Assembly (NCBI GenBank): GCA_964537035.1
Contig: CAZIAK010000013.1
Coordinates: forward strand, 4,826 to 68,825
Source of the DNA: an uncultured Phycisphaerales bacterium
GTDB taxonomy: Bacteria > Planctomycetota > B15-G4
Direction of reading: 5' to 3'
DNA: 64,000 nt
This document shows, in pieces, positions 45,594-55,666 of this stretch. Every line of letters begins with the position of its first letter. Positions within the stretch are counted from its first letter, which is position 1. The notes beneath the pieces are model-generated. The model ran no database searches and was not told the origin of the DNA. It saw only the letters and a program-made list of their open reading frames with translations. Made by a program: the position numbers and the translations under genes.

Positions 45594-48245
45594 TCAGCCA
45601 GAGGGCCTTCGGCCTGGTCTGGCACGAGGGCTCGCCGTGAGCGGATCTTCAGGCCAGGAGTGCTTGGGGTAGCGCCGACGCAAGTCCTTGCGTACCAACG
45701 GGTAGGTGTTGGCCCAGAAGCTGGCCAGATCGTCCGTCACCTGCTGTTCACGCATATTCGGGCCCAGCAGGTGCAAGACCACGGGCACCCTCCCCCGGGC
45801 CAGCCGTGGCGTTTCTTTCAGCCCGAACATCTCCTGAATCCGCACTGCCAAGCGGGGTGCCTGGGCACGGTCATACGTCAGGGCGATGCGGCTCCCGGAG
45901 GGCACAGCCACCCGCTCGGGCGCCTCACGGTCGAGAATGGCGAGCAAATGATGCCCCAGCAGACCCCGAACCAGATCCAGCAGGGGAGCCTTGCGCAGCT
46001 CCGCGAAGGAACGGCGCCCGTGGCACAGACTGGGCAGCAGGTCGGCCAGGGCACGCTCATCCAGGGCTGGCCACTCGAACTCGGGCAGCCACTCGGCGAC
46101 CCAGGCCACCCGATCCAAGAAGGTCTTCAGCTCTCGCCGTTCCAGATCGAGTGCCCCGTGAAGGTCAGCTCTGGCCGCCTCCTCCAGGGCCTGGGCCAGC
46201 CCCTGGGCGTCCTTGCCTGGCACCGAATGTTCCTCGAGGAGCAGGTCGTCGAACAGGACCCGGCGGCGCACTCCTACCGACAGACGTTCCCGATCGAAGA
46301 CCACGATCTCCTCCTCGGTCAGCCGCTCCTCTGGGAGCCAGTCCCGCTCGACCGCAGCCGCCAGGCGGACGAGGGCCTCACCGCTTTTTCTCGCCGAGCC
46401 CTCCAGGGACAGGCACAGAAACAGCGGTGCCTCTCGGACAATGCTCGAAGCATCGACGCGCACGCCCCGGCCCCCCACCATCACGGCCCGGTCTGAACCC
46501 GGCCCGCGGCGACGCGCCAGGCGATCAGGGAACGCAGCGAGCAAGGCCCGCCCCAGCATGTGGTCTGTACACTCGCTCTCGGACCCACGCCCTGACGTCT
46601 GGGAGCCCGAGCCCCTCCGTTCACCGAGCTGTTGCGGCGCCGTCTCGCTGCCAGCGGTGCCCATGGGGACGTCTTGGTCGCGGGCCTCGAGCAGGCGGGT
46701 CAACTCCTGGGCGACGCGCAGGATCTGCTGCGCTGCCCCGTGGTTCCAGCCCGGGCCCCCACCACCGGCCCCTGCGCCGCCAGGCCCGCCCCGTCGCCGC
46801 CCCCCTGAAGCCTGGGCCTCCAGCTGATTCAGGCGATCGGTCAGGTCAGAGTTGCCGCTCGTACCGGCTCGGCGCACCCGGGGCGCCGGGTCTCTCTCGG
46901 ATAACAACGCGCAGGCCAGGGCAGCACGTCGGGTCACGCCGTGGGCCACCCCCTCCAGGCCGAGCCGGGCCAACCGTGGAGGCAGGGGCAGTCGGGAGAG
47001 GGCCTGTCCCACAGGGGTCACCCGCTCACCGTCCCAGGCTCCCAGACGGCGCAGCAGCTGATCGGCCAGGGCCAAGGAGGCGGCGCTGGGAGGTTGCAGC
47101 CAGGGCAGGGCCCCGGGGTCAGCTTCACCCCAGGCGCGCAGCTGCAGCACCGGGCCAGCCAGGTCGAGGCGCTGAATCTCGGGCGCCAGCACTTCGGCCA
47201 GCGAGCGCTGCTGCCCCTGGGTCCAGAGCCGGGCACAAAACCCTGGCGCGGTCCGCCCAGCCCGGCCAGCCCGCTGGTCCGCCGAGGCCTTGCTGATGGG
47301 CAACACCGCCAGACGATCGAGCCCCACCGCCGGATCGAACTCTGGGATGCGCGCCAGGCCCGTGTCGACCACCGCCGTCACACCCTCGATGGTCACGCTG
47401 GTCTCGGCCACGTTGGTGGCCAGGATGACCTTGCGCCGAGGCCCGGAGCGCAGCACCCGGTCCTGCTGGTCGCCGGGCAACTCGCCGTACAGGCGGCAGA
47501 GGTCCAGATCGTGCTGCCGAGCCAGGTCTCCCAGGGCCCGTTCGCTGGCGGCGATGGCCCCCCGCCCGGGCAAGAAGACGAGCACATCCCCCTCGCTGCG
47601 GCCGAGCACCGCCGCCACACCCCTGAGCACCTGCTCGCCCAGGGGGCCGCTGGGCGCCGAGGGCAGGTAGGCGATCTCCACCGGATGACTGCGCCCCTCA
47701 CAGCGCACCACCGGGCAGTCCAGGGCCGCAGCGATCCCCTCCGCGTCCAGGGTGGCTGACATGATCACCAGGGGCAGGTCGGGGCGCAGCTCATCACGCA
47801 GCCGACGCACCATGGCCAGGGCCAGGTCTCCGTCGAGATGCCGCTCGTGAAACTCGTCGAAGATCACCGCGCCCACGCCAGAGAGAAACGGATCCCCCTG
47901 CAGGCGGCGGACGAACAGGCCCTCGGTGACCACCTCGATGCGCGTGGCCTGGCTCACCTTGCGGTCGAAGCGCACCCGGTAACCCACCTCGTCACCGAGC
48001 CGCCCGCCCCGCTCAGCCGTCATGCGCCGAGCCGCCGCCCGGGCTGCCAGCCGACGGGGCTCGAGCATGACCACCGCGCCGTCCCCCGCGAGGCCAGCAT
48101 CAAGCAGCGCGGGCGGCACCCGGGTGGTCTTGCCCGCGCCCGTGGGAGCCACCAGCACCACGCACCCCGCGCAGCTCAGCTGACTGACCAGATCAGCCAG
48201 CACCTCATCGATAGGCAGGGGGATCGGCTCAGGTCGGGGACACAT
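45594..48245 (-). CDS. hrpB: ATP-dependent RNA helicase HrpB (DEAH-box)
   Basis: APTGAGKTT (motif I), DEFHER (DEAH-type motif II), SATL, TNVAETS and QRAGRAGR, plus the HA2 and HrpB C-terminal regions. Start trimmed to MCPRPEPIPLPIDEVL (ATG at 48245). Confidence 0.9.
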   Translation of the reverse strand: MCPRPEPIPLPIDEVLADLVSQLSCAGCVVLVAPTGAGKTTRVPPALLDAGLAGDGAVVMLEPRRLAARAAARRMTAERGGRLGDEVGYRVRFDRKVSQATRIEVVTEGLFVRRLQGDPFLSGVGAVIFDEFHERHLDGDLALAMVRRLRDELRPDLPLVIMSATLDAEGIAAALDCPVVRCEGRSHPVEIAYLPSAPSGPLGEQVLRGVAAVLGRSEGDVLVFLPGRGAIAASERALGDLARQHDLDLCRLYGELPGDQQDRVLRSGPRRKVILATNVAETSVTIEGVTAVVDTGLARIPEFDPAVGLDRLAVLPISKASADQRAGRAGRTAPGFCARLWTQGQQRSLAEVLAPEIQRLDLAGPVLQLRAWGEADPGALPWLQPPSAASLALADQLLRRLGAWDGERVTPVGQALSRLPLPPRLARLGLEGVAHGVTRRAALACALLSERDPAPRVRRAGTSGNSDLTDRLNQLEAQASGGRRRGGPGGAGAGGGGPGWNHGAAQQILRVAQELTRLLEARDQDVPMGTAGSETAPQQLGERRGSGSQTSGRGSESECTDHMLGRALLAAFPDRLARRRGPGSDRAVMVGGRGVRVDASSIVREAPLFLCLSLEGSARKSGEALVRLAAAVERDWLPEERLTEEEIVVFDRERLSVGVRRRVLFDDLLLEEHSVPGKDAQGLAQALEEAARADLHGALDLERRELKTFLDRVAWVAEWLPEFEWPALDERALADLLPSLCHGRRSFAELRKAPLLDLVRGLLGHHLLAILDREAPERVAVPSGSRIALTYDRAQAPRLAVRIQEMFGLKETPRLARGRVPVVLHLLGPNMREQQVTDDLASFWANTYPLVRKDLRRRYPKHSWPEDPLTASPRARPGRRPSG

Positions 48246-48446
48246 GGCCCCGATCGTGCGCAATGCGTCGGCAAGACACGAGCCCCGCGGCCAGGGATCG
48301 CGCAGCCCCGGCACGGCGCCTTGATCGTGCGCCTTGTCCGCCCTGCCCCACCGAGGGATAACCAGTGGCTGGCGAAGCGCCACGGGCCAGGGGCAACCCT
48401 GCCCCGAAGGCACGAGCCTGTCACCAACGCCCCCGGAAGCCTGCCC

Positions 48447-49079
48447 ATGCGCTGTTCCCTCGCCCTCGTGCTCTGCCTGGGGCTGACAGGTTGCGGCCTG
48501 GCCCAACCCCTGGCTCGAGGACGGGATGCCGCCCAGATCCTGCACGTGGGTGTCTCAGGCAGCTATCAACCTGGCGTCTACGCCTGGGCTCTGGCCCCCC
48601 TGCTCGGGACCAGCCTGGGCTACCAACCCCACGGAGCCGCCGTGGGCAGCGACTACGGCTACAGCCACGGTTGGCACCAGGCTGGCTACGGCATTGTCGT
48701 GGGCGGTGAAATGGTGCGAGCCGAGTGGGGCTTCTCGGTCGAGGGCTTCGTCGACCGTCCCCTCTGGGACGCCTACGCCACCCAGACCCAGCTGCTGCTG
48801 ATGAATCTCACCGTGACCGACCAGCGCATCGGGCGGGACACCCAGTCGCTGGCCCTGCGCCGGGTCGAGGTGGGACTGCACCTGCTCTTCGTCGGGGCTT
48901 CCCTGGGCATCGATCTCTTCGCCGTGGGCGACTTCGCTGCGGGATTGTTCGGCTTCGACCCCAGCGATGACGACAGCAGAGCGCTGCTGCGCGCACCGTT
49001 CGTTCAAGCCGAGGCCGAGAACGCCGACGGCGAGGCCGCAGCTGCGACGACAAGCGCCACGGATCAGCCAGCACCCTGA
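48447..49079 (+). CDS. Hypothetical lipoprotein
   Basis: MRCSLALVLCLGLTGCG lipobox. The upstream 200 codons of the ORF-track entry lie antisense to hrpB and look non-coding. Confidence 0.6.
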   Translation: MRCSLALVLCLGLTGCGLAQPLARGRDAAQILHVGVSGSYQPGVYAWALAPLLGTSLGYQPHGAAVGSDYGYSHGWHQAGYGIVVGGEMVRAEWGFSVEGFVDRPLWDAYATQTQLLLMNLTVTDQRIGRDTQSLALRRVEVGLHLLFVGASLGIDLFAVGDFAAGLFGFDPSDDDSRALLRAPFVQAEAENADGEAAAATTSATDQPAP

Positions 49080-49090
49080 CCTTGCCGCCC

Positions 49091-49702
49091 ATGCCCTCCA
49101 CCACCGATTTTCCACCGGAACCGCTTGTGCTCACCGGCCGTCACGTGGTGCTGCAACCGCTGAGCCTCGCTCACCTCGACGAACTCCTCGAGGCGGGAGC
49201 CGACCCGGACGTCTGGCGCTGGTTGCCCCACGCGTACTTTCTTGACAGAGACCTGGCCCGGCAGTGGATCGAAGACGCCGTCGCCGAACAGACCGCGAAG
49301 AGGGCCCTGCCCTTCGCCATCATCGATGCCGCTTCGGGGCGAGCCGCGGGCTCCACTCGCATGTTCGATTTTCGTCCGGACCACAAAGGCCTGGAGATCG
49401 GCTGGACGTGGCTCGGCGCGCCCTACCAGCGCACGGCCATCAACACCGAGTGCAAACGCCTGCTGTTGGGCTTCGCCTTCGAACAGCTGGACGCGCTGCG
49501 GGTGCAGCTCAAGACCGACAGCCGCAACACCCGCTCTCGTGCAGCCATCGAGCGCATGGGCGCCAGCTTCGAAGGTGTGCTGCGCAATCACATGCTCTTG
49601 CCCAACGGCGATCTGCGACACTCGGCGTTCTTCAGCGTCCTGGCCGACGAGTGGCCCACGACCAGACAGCGCCTCGACAGCTTCCTGGAGCAGGCCCCAT
49701 GA
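49091..49702 (+). CDS. GNAT-family N-acetyltransferase (RimJ/RimL-like)
   Basis: Typical layout: L.GRHVVLQPLSLAHLDELLE, then the acetyl-CoA-binding region (..LEIGWTWLGAPYQRTAINTECKRLLL..AFE) and NTRSRAAIERMGA. Confidence 0.8.
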   Translation: MPSTTDFPPEPLVLTGRHVVLQPLSLAHLDELLEAGADPDVWRWLPHAYFLDRDLARQWIEDAVAEQTAKRALPFAIIDAASGRAAGSTRMFDFRPDHKGLEIGWTWLGAPYQRTAINTECKRLLLGFAFEQLDALRVQLKTDSRNTRSRAAIERMGASFEGVLRNHMLLPNGDLRHSAFFSVLADEWPTTRQRLDSFLEQAP

Positions 49703-50157
49703 AGCCCCTGTTCGCCCTGCTCGTCACCCTCTCGCTGGCCGTCTCGTGCCAGCTGCCCTTCGATCAGCCCTCGTCACCTGAGCCCTACATCACCCGGGCT
49801 CAGGCCGAACTGGACGGGCGAGGGTTCACGTTCTTTCACGTGGCCTCTTTCGGCTTGCTGAGAGACAGGCAGTACCTGCAGAACGTGCGCCACGGAGCGC
49901 GAGTCGATGACCTCCCCGCCCAGCTGGCCGAGCTGCTGGCTGCGGGGGCTGAACAGGACACGCTGGTGGCCATGGGTGGTGCCTGCAGTGAGAAGAGCAG
50001 GCTCATTCTCGAGCAGGCCCTGGAGCTGCTGACCACTCGGTCGCTGCCCAAGCTGGAGCTGCTGTTCTTGGGCGATGCCCGGCATGGCAGGGCGGTGGCG
50101 CCGAAGCTCCACGCCCTGAGCGCTCGCTACAAGTCCGTTGAGATCACCATCGACTGA
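49699..50157 (+). CDS. Hypothetical lipoprotein
   Basis: MKPLFALLVTLSLAVSC lipobox. The ATG overlaps the GNAT stop (ATGA). Confidence 0.6.
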   Translation: MKPLFALLVTLSLAVSCQLPFDQPSSPEPYITRAQAELDGRGFTFFHVASFGLLRDRQYLQNVRHGARVDDLPAQLAELLAAGAEQDTLVAMGGACSEKSRLILEQALELLTTRSLPKLELLFLGDARHGRAVAPKLHALSARYKSVEITID

Positions 50158-50182
50158 GCGCCCGTGGGCGAGGCGCTGTGGC

Positions 50183-53056
50183 CTACCACTCTCCGGGAGG
50201 AGAGGCTCCCAAGCCCGGCCCCAGGACGACGGCGTTGCCCAGCAGCCGCGCGCCGCTCATGAACTGTCCCCTGAAACCGGGGACCGCTGAGAAGAGGATG
50301 ACCTGCCCGGCGCCCACACGCTCTACTGTCAGCCAGGCAGAGTCGGCCAACCGACCCCGGGCCTCTGGCCAGAGCAAACCCGAGAGCCGCAGCGACTCTT
50401 CGCCTGCCAGGCGCACGGCGGTGGTCACGGGCGGGCGGGCCAAGAGCACGTGACTGCCAGCCACCAGGACGGGCAGCTCGTCTTCGCACCCAGCAGTGAG
50501 CCAGGAGTGGTCATTGACCACTCCACGAGCGATCACCCCTGCAGGTGAGAAGCGCCGCTCCCAGCTGTCTTGCCGAGACTGGTCGGGGTCGGTGGTGACC
50601 TGCGCCAGCGCTGCGTCAGTCTGCTCAGCGGCCTGGTCTTCAGCGATCGCCTCGCTGCTCTCATCTGCGCTGGCGGCGGGCTCCGTCGAGTCGGTTGAGT
50701 CGCCCCAGAGATCCGCCAGATCGATCTGGATCTCACGGGCATCTGCTTCGCGCTGAGCGGCCACGGCGAAGGGCTCCAGGTCTTCGATGGCGTCGCGGCG
50801 GAGTGTGACAGAGCTGAGGCCAGGCTCCATGCCCGTGACGGCCACGGCCGCCGAGTCACAGGCGATGAGCGTGCCCCCGTCCCTCACCCAGTCAGAGAGG
50901 GAGTCGCCGAAGCGGGACAGCAGCCCGCTCAAGCCGCCCGGCGGCAGGATCAAGACGTTGTAGCGGCGCAGATCGATCCACTGGGTGGCCTGGGCGTCGA
51001 GAAACGACACGGGTACACCGAGGCGTTGATCGAGCACGTGCCAAAGGTGACCGAAGGTGTCCGTGCGCACGGGGTCATTGCTGATCATGGCCACCCGAGG
51101 GCGGGTCAGCATGCCGAAGTGTCCGCCGCCCAGATCTGCGCCCCCACCCTGGGCTCGGCCGCCATAGACGGCGAAGGCCGTGACGCCGCTGTGCTGAGCG
51201 GCTGCCGCCACCGCCGTCCTCAGGTCACCGTCGTTGTCTGCCCGGCGCAGCACCACGGAGCCCCGAGCGAAGGGGCGCTGATCCCCGTCGAAGGCCTCGT
51301 CGGCGACCACCGCAACCAGCCCCGCCTCCATGGCGGCCACGGCGAAGGTCAGGCAGCGATCGTCCCCTCCGTCGACCACCCAGGCCACGGGCTCGGCGTC
51401 GCCCGTAGCTTCTACGAGCTGGCCCACCGCCGCTGGCAGCGCACCTAGCTGCAGACCTGAGAGTTTTGCAGGGGCATCACACCAGAGCGCGTCCAGATCG
51501 AAGAGCAGGGGCAACGACCAGGCCGTGGCGTCGTACAGGTTGGTGCCTTCGCCTCGCTCCAGGTCTTCTCGCTCCTTGAGCAAGAAAGTCTCCTCCAGCC
51601 GCACGTCGAAAGACAGATAGCTCTTCACCATCGACCCGAACGGCTGGGCGGCGGGGATCAACAGGCTGCCCGCGGGCAGCTCCAGCTGCTCATGCCGTTC
51701 TCCCAGAGCGCCCGTGCTGTGGGTCACGGACAGCGCCTCGTCGATGCGATACACCCGGATGTGCTGATCGAGCAGCAAGGACAGCAGATCCCGTTCGCGA
51801 GCAGGGTGGCGGCCGGGGCGCAACACGAACATGCGCTCATTGCCTGGAGTCCCAGGATCGATGGCCGCTCTCTTGTGGGCCAGGAAATCAGCCAGCACCT
51901 CACGCCGATGATCCGCCAGCGTGTTCAGGTTGGCCATGGACGCCAGGGCCTGGTGGCGCACCGTATCGCGGTAGGTGACCACCTGACCAGCCAGGTTGCG
52001 CAGGGGGAAGCCCGAGATGCCTGCCTGCTCGTAGAGCATGCCCACGGCGCCACTCAGCGACCCCCAGGCGTCGGAGTAGAACGGCCCCCAACCGTCGGCC
52101 CACTCCCGGGTGTAGTAGCTCCAGCCCTGCTCGTCGAACGCGGCCCCATGATCGGCAGCAAAGACCCGCTGCCAGCTGTCCAGGGTCGCCGGCAAGTAGG
52201 GGTTGTGGGGATCGTTCTGGGGATAGAACAGAAACGTGTCCAGGGGCCCCATCTCGTGGGCGTCCACGAAGAGCTGGGGCGGCAGGTCTCGGGCCACCTT
52301 CCAGCGGCCCCGGGTCTCGGGGTGCACGCCGGTCATCCAGTCTCGGTTCAGATCGAACAGGTAGTGGTTGCCACGGCCGAAGGGCCAGCGACCGCGCTGC
52401 ATGGCGTCCACATCAAGGTTGGTCACTCGCCCACTCATCTGCTCGATCTGGGAGACGATACGCTCGCGGCCGTCCGGGTTCATGACCGGATCCATGACGA
52501 TGATCAGCTCGTCGAGCAACCGCGCCACGCCTGGCCCCCGGTCGGCGACGAGGTGATGGGCCACTGCGAGTGAGGCGTCCGCGCCGGACAGCTCGTCGCC
52601 GTGAATCGAGTAGCCCATCCAGGCCACGGCGGGCAACTCGTCGAGCAGCGCTTCGGCGGCCGCAGCATCGAGACCGACGGGGTCGACCAGCCGCGCGAAG
52701 TCAGCGCGAATGCGATCCAGCCGGGCATGGTTCTCAGGGGACGTGATCACCGCCGCCAGCAGGGAGCGCCCCTCGTGGCTCTTGGAGTGCACGGACAGGC
52801 TCAACCGGGGCGACGACTCCTGCCACAGCTCGAAGCAGCGCACGATCTCGTCGTAGCGAGCCAGGCGCGTGCCGTGGCGTTGGCTCAGCACCTGCTCCGG
52901 CGTGGGGATGGCCGGGTCGTGGTCAGCCCCGTCGAAGAACGGCACATCGTCCGCGAGGAAGAGCGGATCACCGAAGCGTAGGGGCGTCGTCGCCTGGCCC
53001 AGACAGCAAGCAGCCGACGAAGCGATGACGATGAGAGTGAGCAGGATCTGCAGCAT
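50183..53056 (-). CDS. M14-family zinc carboxypeptidase with a large C-terminal extension
   Basis: Zn-binding HxxE (YSIHGDELSG) and the M14 N-terminal context (HSKSHEGRSLL..ITSPEN). Signal peptide MLQILLTLIVIASSAACC. Start trimmed to the ATG at 53056. Confidence 0.8.
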   Translation of the reverse strand: MLQILLTLIVIASSAACCLGQATTPLRFGDPLFLADDVPFFDGADHDPAIPTPEQVLSQRHGTRLARYDEIVRCFELWQESSPRLSLSVHSKSHEGRSLLAAVITSPENHARLDRIRADFARLVDPVGLDAAAAEALLDELPAVAWMGYSIHGDELSGADASLAVAHHLVADRGPGVARLLDELIIVMDPVMNPDGRERIVSQIEQMSGRVTNLDVDAMQRGRWPFGRGNHYLFDLNRDWMTGVHPETRGRWKVARDLPPQLFVDAHEMGPLDTFLFYPQNDPHNPYLPATLDSWQRVFAADHGAAFDEQGWSYYTREWADGWGPFYSDAWGSLSGAVGMLYEQAGISGFPLRNLAGQVVTYRDTVRHQALASMANLNTLADHRREVLADFLAHKRAAIDPGTPGNERMFVLRPGRHPARERDLLSLLLDQHIRVYRIDEALSVTHSTGALGERHEQLELPAGSLLIPAAQPFGSMVKSYLSFDVRLEETFLLKEREDLERGEGTNLYDATAWSLPLLFDLDALWCDAPAKLSGLQLGALPAAVGQLVEATGDAEPVAWVVDGGDDRCLTFAVAAMEAGLVAVVADEAFDGDQRPFARGSVVLRRADNDGDLRTAVAAAAQHSGVTAFAVYGGRAQGGGADLGGGHFGMLTRPRVAMISNDPVRTDTFGHLWHVLDQRLGVPVSFLDAQATQWIDLRRYNVLILPPGGLSGLLSRFGDSLSDWVRDGGTLIACDSAAVAVTGMEPGLSSVTLRRDAIEDLEPFAVAAQREADAREIQIDLADLWGDSTDSTEPAASADESSEAIAEDQAAEQTDAALAQVTTDPDQSRQDSWERRFSPAGVIARGVVNDHSWLTAGCEDELPVLVAGSHVLLARPPVTTAVRLAGEESLRLSGLLWPEARGRLADSAWLTVERVGAGQVILFSAVPGFRGQFMSGARLLGNAVVLGPGLGASPPGEW

Positions 53057-53132
53057 GGCGAGCGGGGGCACGAGGGCCCGTGATGAAGGGGGACAGGGGG
53101 CCGCGATCATAACCACGGCGGAGGGGCTCAGC

Positions 53133-54248
53133 TCAGGACAGGGCCACTGCAGTGCCCACGGCCGCCGCCAACCCCGCCAGAGCCCCCAGGATCTTGACCC
53201 ATGACAGGGGCGCCTTGCCCGCCACCCGACCGCTTTGCCCATTAATCAACACGGGCCAGGTCTTGCCTCGGTAGGTGTAGGCCAGACTCCACACCGGCAG
53301 CAGCACGTGCTTCCAGCGGATGTCGCTGAGTGCGTTGTCGACCTGCACGTTGCGGCTCGTGTCCCCGGGGACATCGCTGGTGCAACGCCTGAGCTGCTGC
53401 GCTTCGACCAGGCCCCGGCCGACGACCCAGCCTTGCTCAAGATCAACCGAGTACTCTTCGGCCTGCCAGCCCGCCAGGTACTCGGGGCGGTAGGGCAACA
53501 AGGCGCTGGTGTCGAAGCCGCCCAGCTCGCTGAGCAGCTCAGACGACAGCCCGGCGGAGGCGTTCACCAGGAGATCGTCATAGTGATCGTCCCGAGCGCC
53601 CCACGCGGGTTCCCAGCGCACCTTGCGCACCTGGCGAGTGCGCACCTGGGTCTTGCCGTTGACTCGCGTGGTGTAGGTCTCGGTGACGTAGTAGTAGTAA
53701 CCGGCGTCCGCAGACCAGTCAGAGTGCACCTGGCAGTCGAAGGTCCAGAAGGGCACGTAGATGCCGGCGGCCTCGGCCACCCTCGCGCGCTTCAGATCGT
53801 TGGGACGGAACCACAGCTTGCCTACCCACTTTGAGAACGCTGCCTCCGCCTGGGCCCGTCCCACATCGAGAGGCAGCAGCGACTCGGGGCGCAGGGCGTT
53901 GCGATTCGACTCTTGCGCGAGCACGTTGGCCGACCCGCAGAACGCGCAGCGCTCGGCGGTGGACGGGCCGTCGTAGGTCACCTTGGCGCCGCACTCGTCG
54001 CACCGTGCCACACGCACTTCAAGGCCCAGCCCTCGCGCCGCCTCCCCCGCCGCCTGCAAGGGCCGCTCGACGATCAGCCCCTGGGATCGAGGGACGACCC
54101 GGGTCGTCTCACAGTGTTCGCAGGCCAGGGCATCGGCGACCGGATCCCAGCGCACGGCCGCCCCGCAGTTTTCGCAGGAGAAGCCGTGGCGATCGCCCTC
54201 ATGGGCTTCGCGCGCGGCCTGTTCGTCGGTGCCGGATGGCGGGGCCAT
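53133..54248 (-). CDS. Zinc-ribbon membrane protein (B. subtilis YdjG-like)
   Basis: Two CxxC...CxxC ribbons (CENCGA..CEHC; CDECGA..CAFCGS), the conserved LLPLDV..A...F..W......P.......GIYVPFWTFD segment, and a C-terminal TM helix. Start trimmed to the ATG at 54248. Confidence 0.7.
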   Translation of the reverse strand: MAPPSGTDEQAAREAHEGDRHGFSCENCGAAVRWDPVADALACEHCETTRVVPRSQGLIVERPLQAAGEAARGLGLEVRVARCDECGAKVTYDGPSTAERCAFCGSANVLAQESNRNALRPESLLPLDVGRAQAEAAFSKWVGKLWFRPNDLKRARVAEAAGIYVPFWTFDCQVHSDWSADAGYYYYVTETYTTRVNGKTQVRTRQVRKVRWEPAWGARDDHYDDLLVNASAGLSSELLSELGGFDTSALLPYRPEYLAGWQAEEYSVDLEQGWVVGRGLVEAQQLRRCTSDVPGDTSRNVQVDNALSDIRWKHVLLPVWSLAYTYRGKTWPVLINGQSGRVAGKAPLSWVKILGALAGLAAAVGTAVALS

Positions 54249-54536
54249 GGTCTCGAACCCTTGGCAGAGAAGGGGCGCGCTGATGTCAGCGCGAGGGCTC
54301 CGCAGCATGACCGAAGCGCGCGGCCCATCCCAGTGTGCAGGTGCGATCAGACAGCGTTCCGAGTGACCGCGCCAAGCCAGGCTTTGCGAAACCCCCTCGG
54401 CGCGACGCACAATCACGGGCCCTCACAGCCTGCGCTCGACGCACGGCACTGTCCGCACAGGCTGCCAAGAGAGCGACCACCGGCCCTGCACCGGCAGCTC
54501 TTCGTCCTCCAGAACACTCTTCGTGGAAACACTGTC

Positions 54537-55655
54537 ATGGGTTTGATCGATTGGTTCCAACGCGGCGTGGGCGAGATGATGATCGCCCGGCCGGACGACG
54601 CGCGGTCGCAAGTGGTCTGGAAGCACCCCGACCCCACCATCCCCATGAAGTCCCAGCTCACGGTGGGCGCGGACGAGGTGGCGGTGTTCTTCAAGGACGG
54701 CAAGATCGTGGCCACCCTCCAGCCCGGGCGGCACACCCTGGAGACCAGCAACCTGCCCTTCCTCTCAGAACTGATCGACTCGTTCACCGGCGGCAACGTG
54801 TTCATGGCCCAGGTGTATTTCGTCAGCATGCGCGAGCACACCGGCATCAAGTTCGGCGGACGGGTAGGCCACGTCGAAGACCCCAAGAGCGGCATCCCCG
54901 TGGAGACCTTGGTGCACGGTGAGTTCTCGTTTCGGGTCACCGACGCCGAGCAGCTGATCACGGGCCTGGTGGGCATGGGCCGGGCCGAGAGCTACCAGGT
55001 GCGCAGCTGGATGAAGGAACAGGTGCTGAAGGTCGTGCGGGATCGGGTCGCCGAGCTGTGCGTGAAGAACAAGTGGCCCCTGCTCGACGTCACCTCTGGT
55101 GCCTACACCGAAGAGATCGAAGCCGACGTGCTCAGCGGGCTCGAAGACCACGTCAAGACCTACGGCCTGCGCATCGCCCGGCTGGGCAATTTCGTCGTGG
55201 CCATCGATGAAGAGGACGCCGACAACCTCAAGCGGCTCTACACCGACGCGGCGTACCTGCGCACCGTGGGCGGCGTGGGCGCCTACAAGGACTTCGCCGC
55301 GGGCAAGGCGCTCATGGGTGCCGGTGAGGGCATGGCCAAAGGCGGCGGCGGTGCAGCTGGGACGGGCGACGCAGCAGGCGCAGGGCTCATGGGCGGCGCC
55401 GGCCTGGGCATCGGCATGGGACTGGCCCAGATGTTGGTCAGCGATCGGCGCGGAGGGCAAGTGCTCGCCCCGGCTGCCGCCGGCATCGTGTGCCCGACGT
55501 GCAGCGCCAATGTGGCGCCGGGGCATTTTTGTAGTGCCTGTGGTGGCGACCTCAAGGCTGCTCCCAAGGCCACGGCCGGTGGGTATTGCACGGGGTGCGG
55601 GAGTCCGCTGAGTGCTGATGCGAAGTTCTGTGGGCAGTGCGGGGGGGCTGCTTGA
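54537..55655 (+). CDS. SPFH/Band-7 family protein (YdjI-like) with C-terminal double zinc ribbon
   Basis: N-terminal MGLIDWFQRGVGEMMI..VWKHP...QLTV..DEVAVFFKDGK pattern of the Band_7_1/YdjI family. The C-terminus has a Gly-rich linker, then CPTCSA..CSACGG and CTGCGS..CGQCGG. Confidence 0.8.
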   Translation: MGLIDWFQRGVGEMMIARPDDARSQVVWKHPDPTIPMKSQLTVGADEVAVFFKDGKIVATLQPGRHTLETSNLPFLSELIDSFTGGNVFMAQVYFVSMREHTGIKFGGRVGHVEDPKSGIPVETLVHGEFSFRVTDAEQLITGLVGMGRAESYQVRSWMKEQVLKVVRDRVAELCVKNKWPLLDVTSGAYTEEIEADVLSGLEDHVKTYGLRIARLGNFVVAIDEEDADNLKRLYTDAAYLRTVGGVGAYKDFAAGKALMGAGEGMAKGGGGAAGTGDAAGAGLMGGAGLGIGMGLAQMLVSDRRGGQVLAPAAAGIVCPTCSANVAPGHFCSACGGDLKAAPKATAGGYCTGCGSPLSADAKFCGQCGGAA

Positions 55656-55666
55656 TGGGGCGTGGT

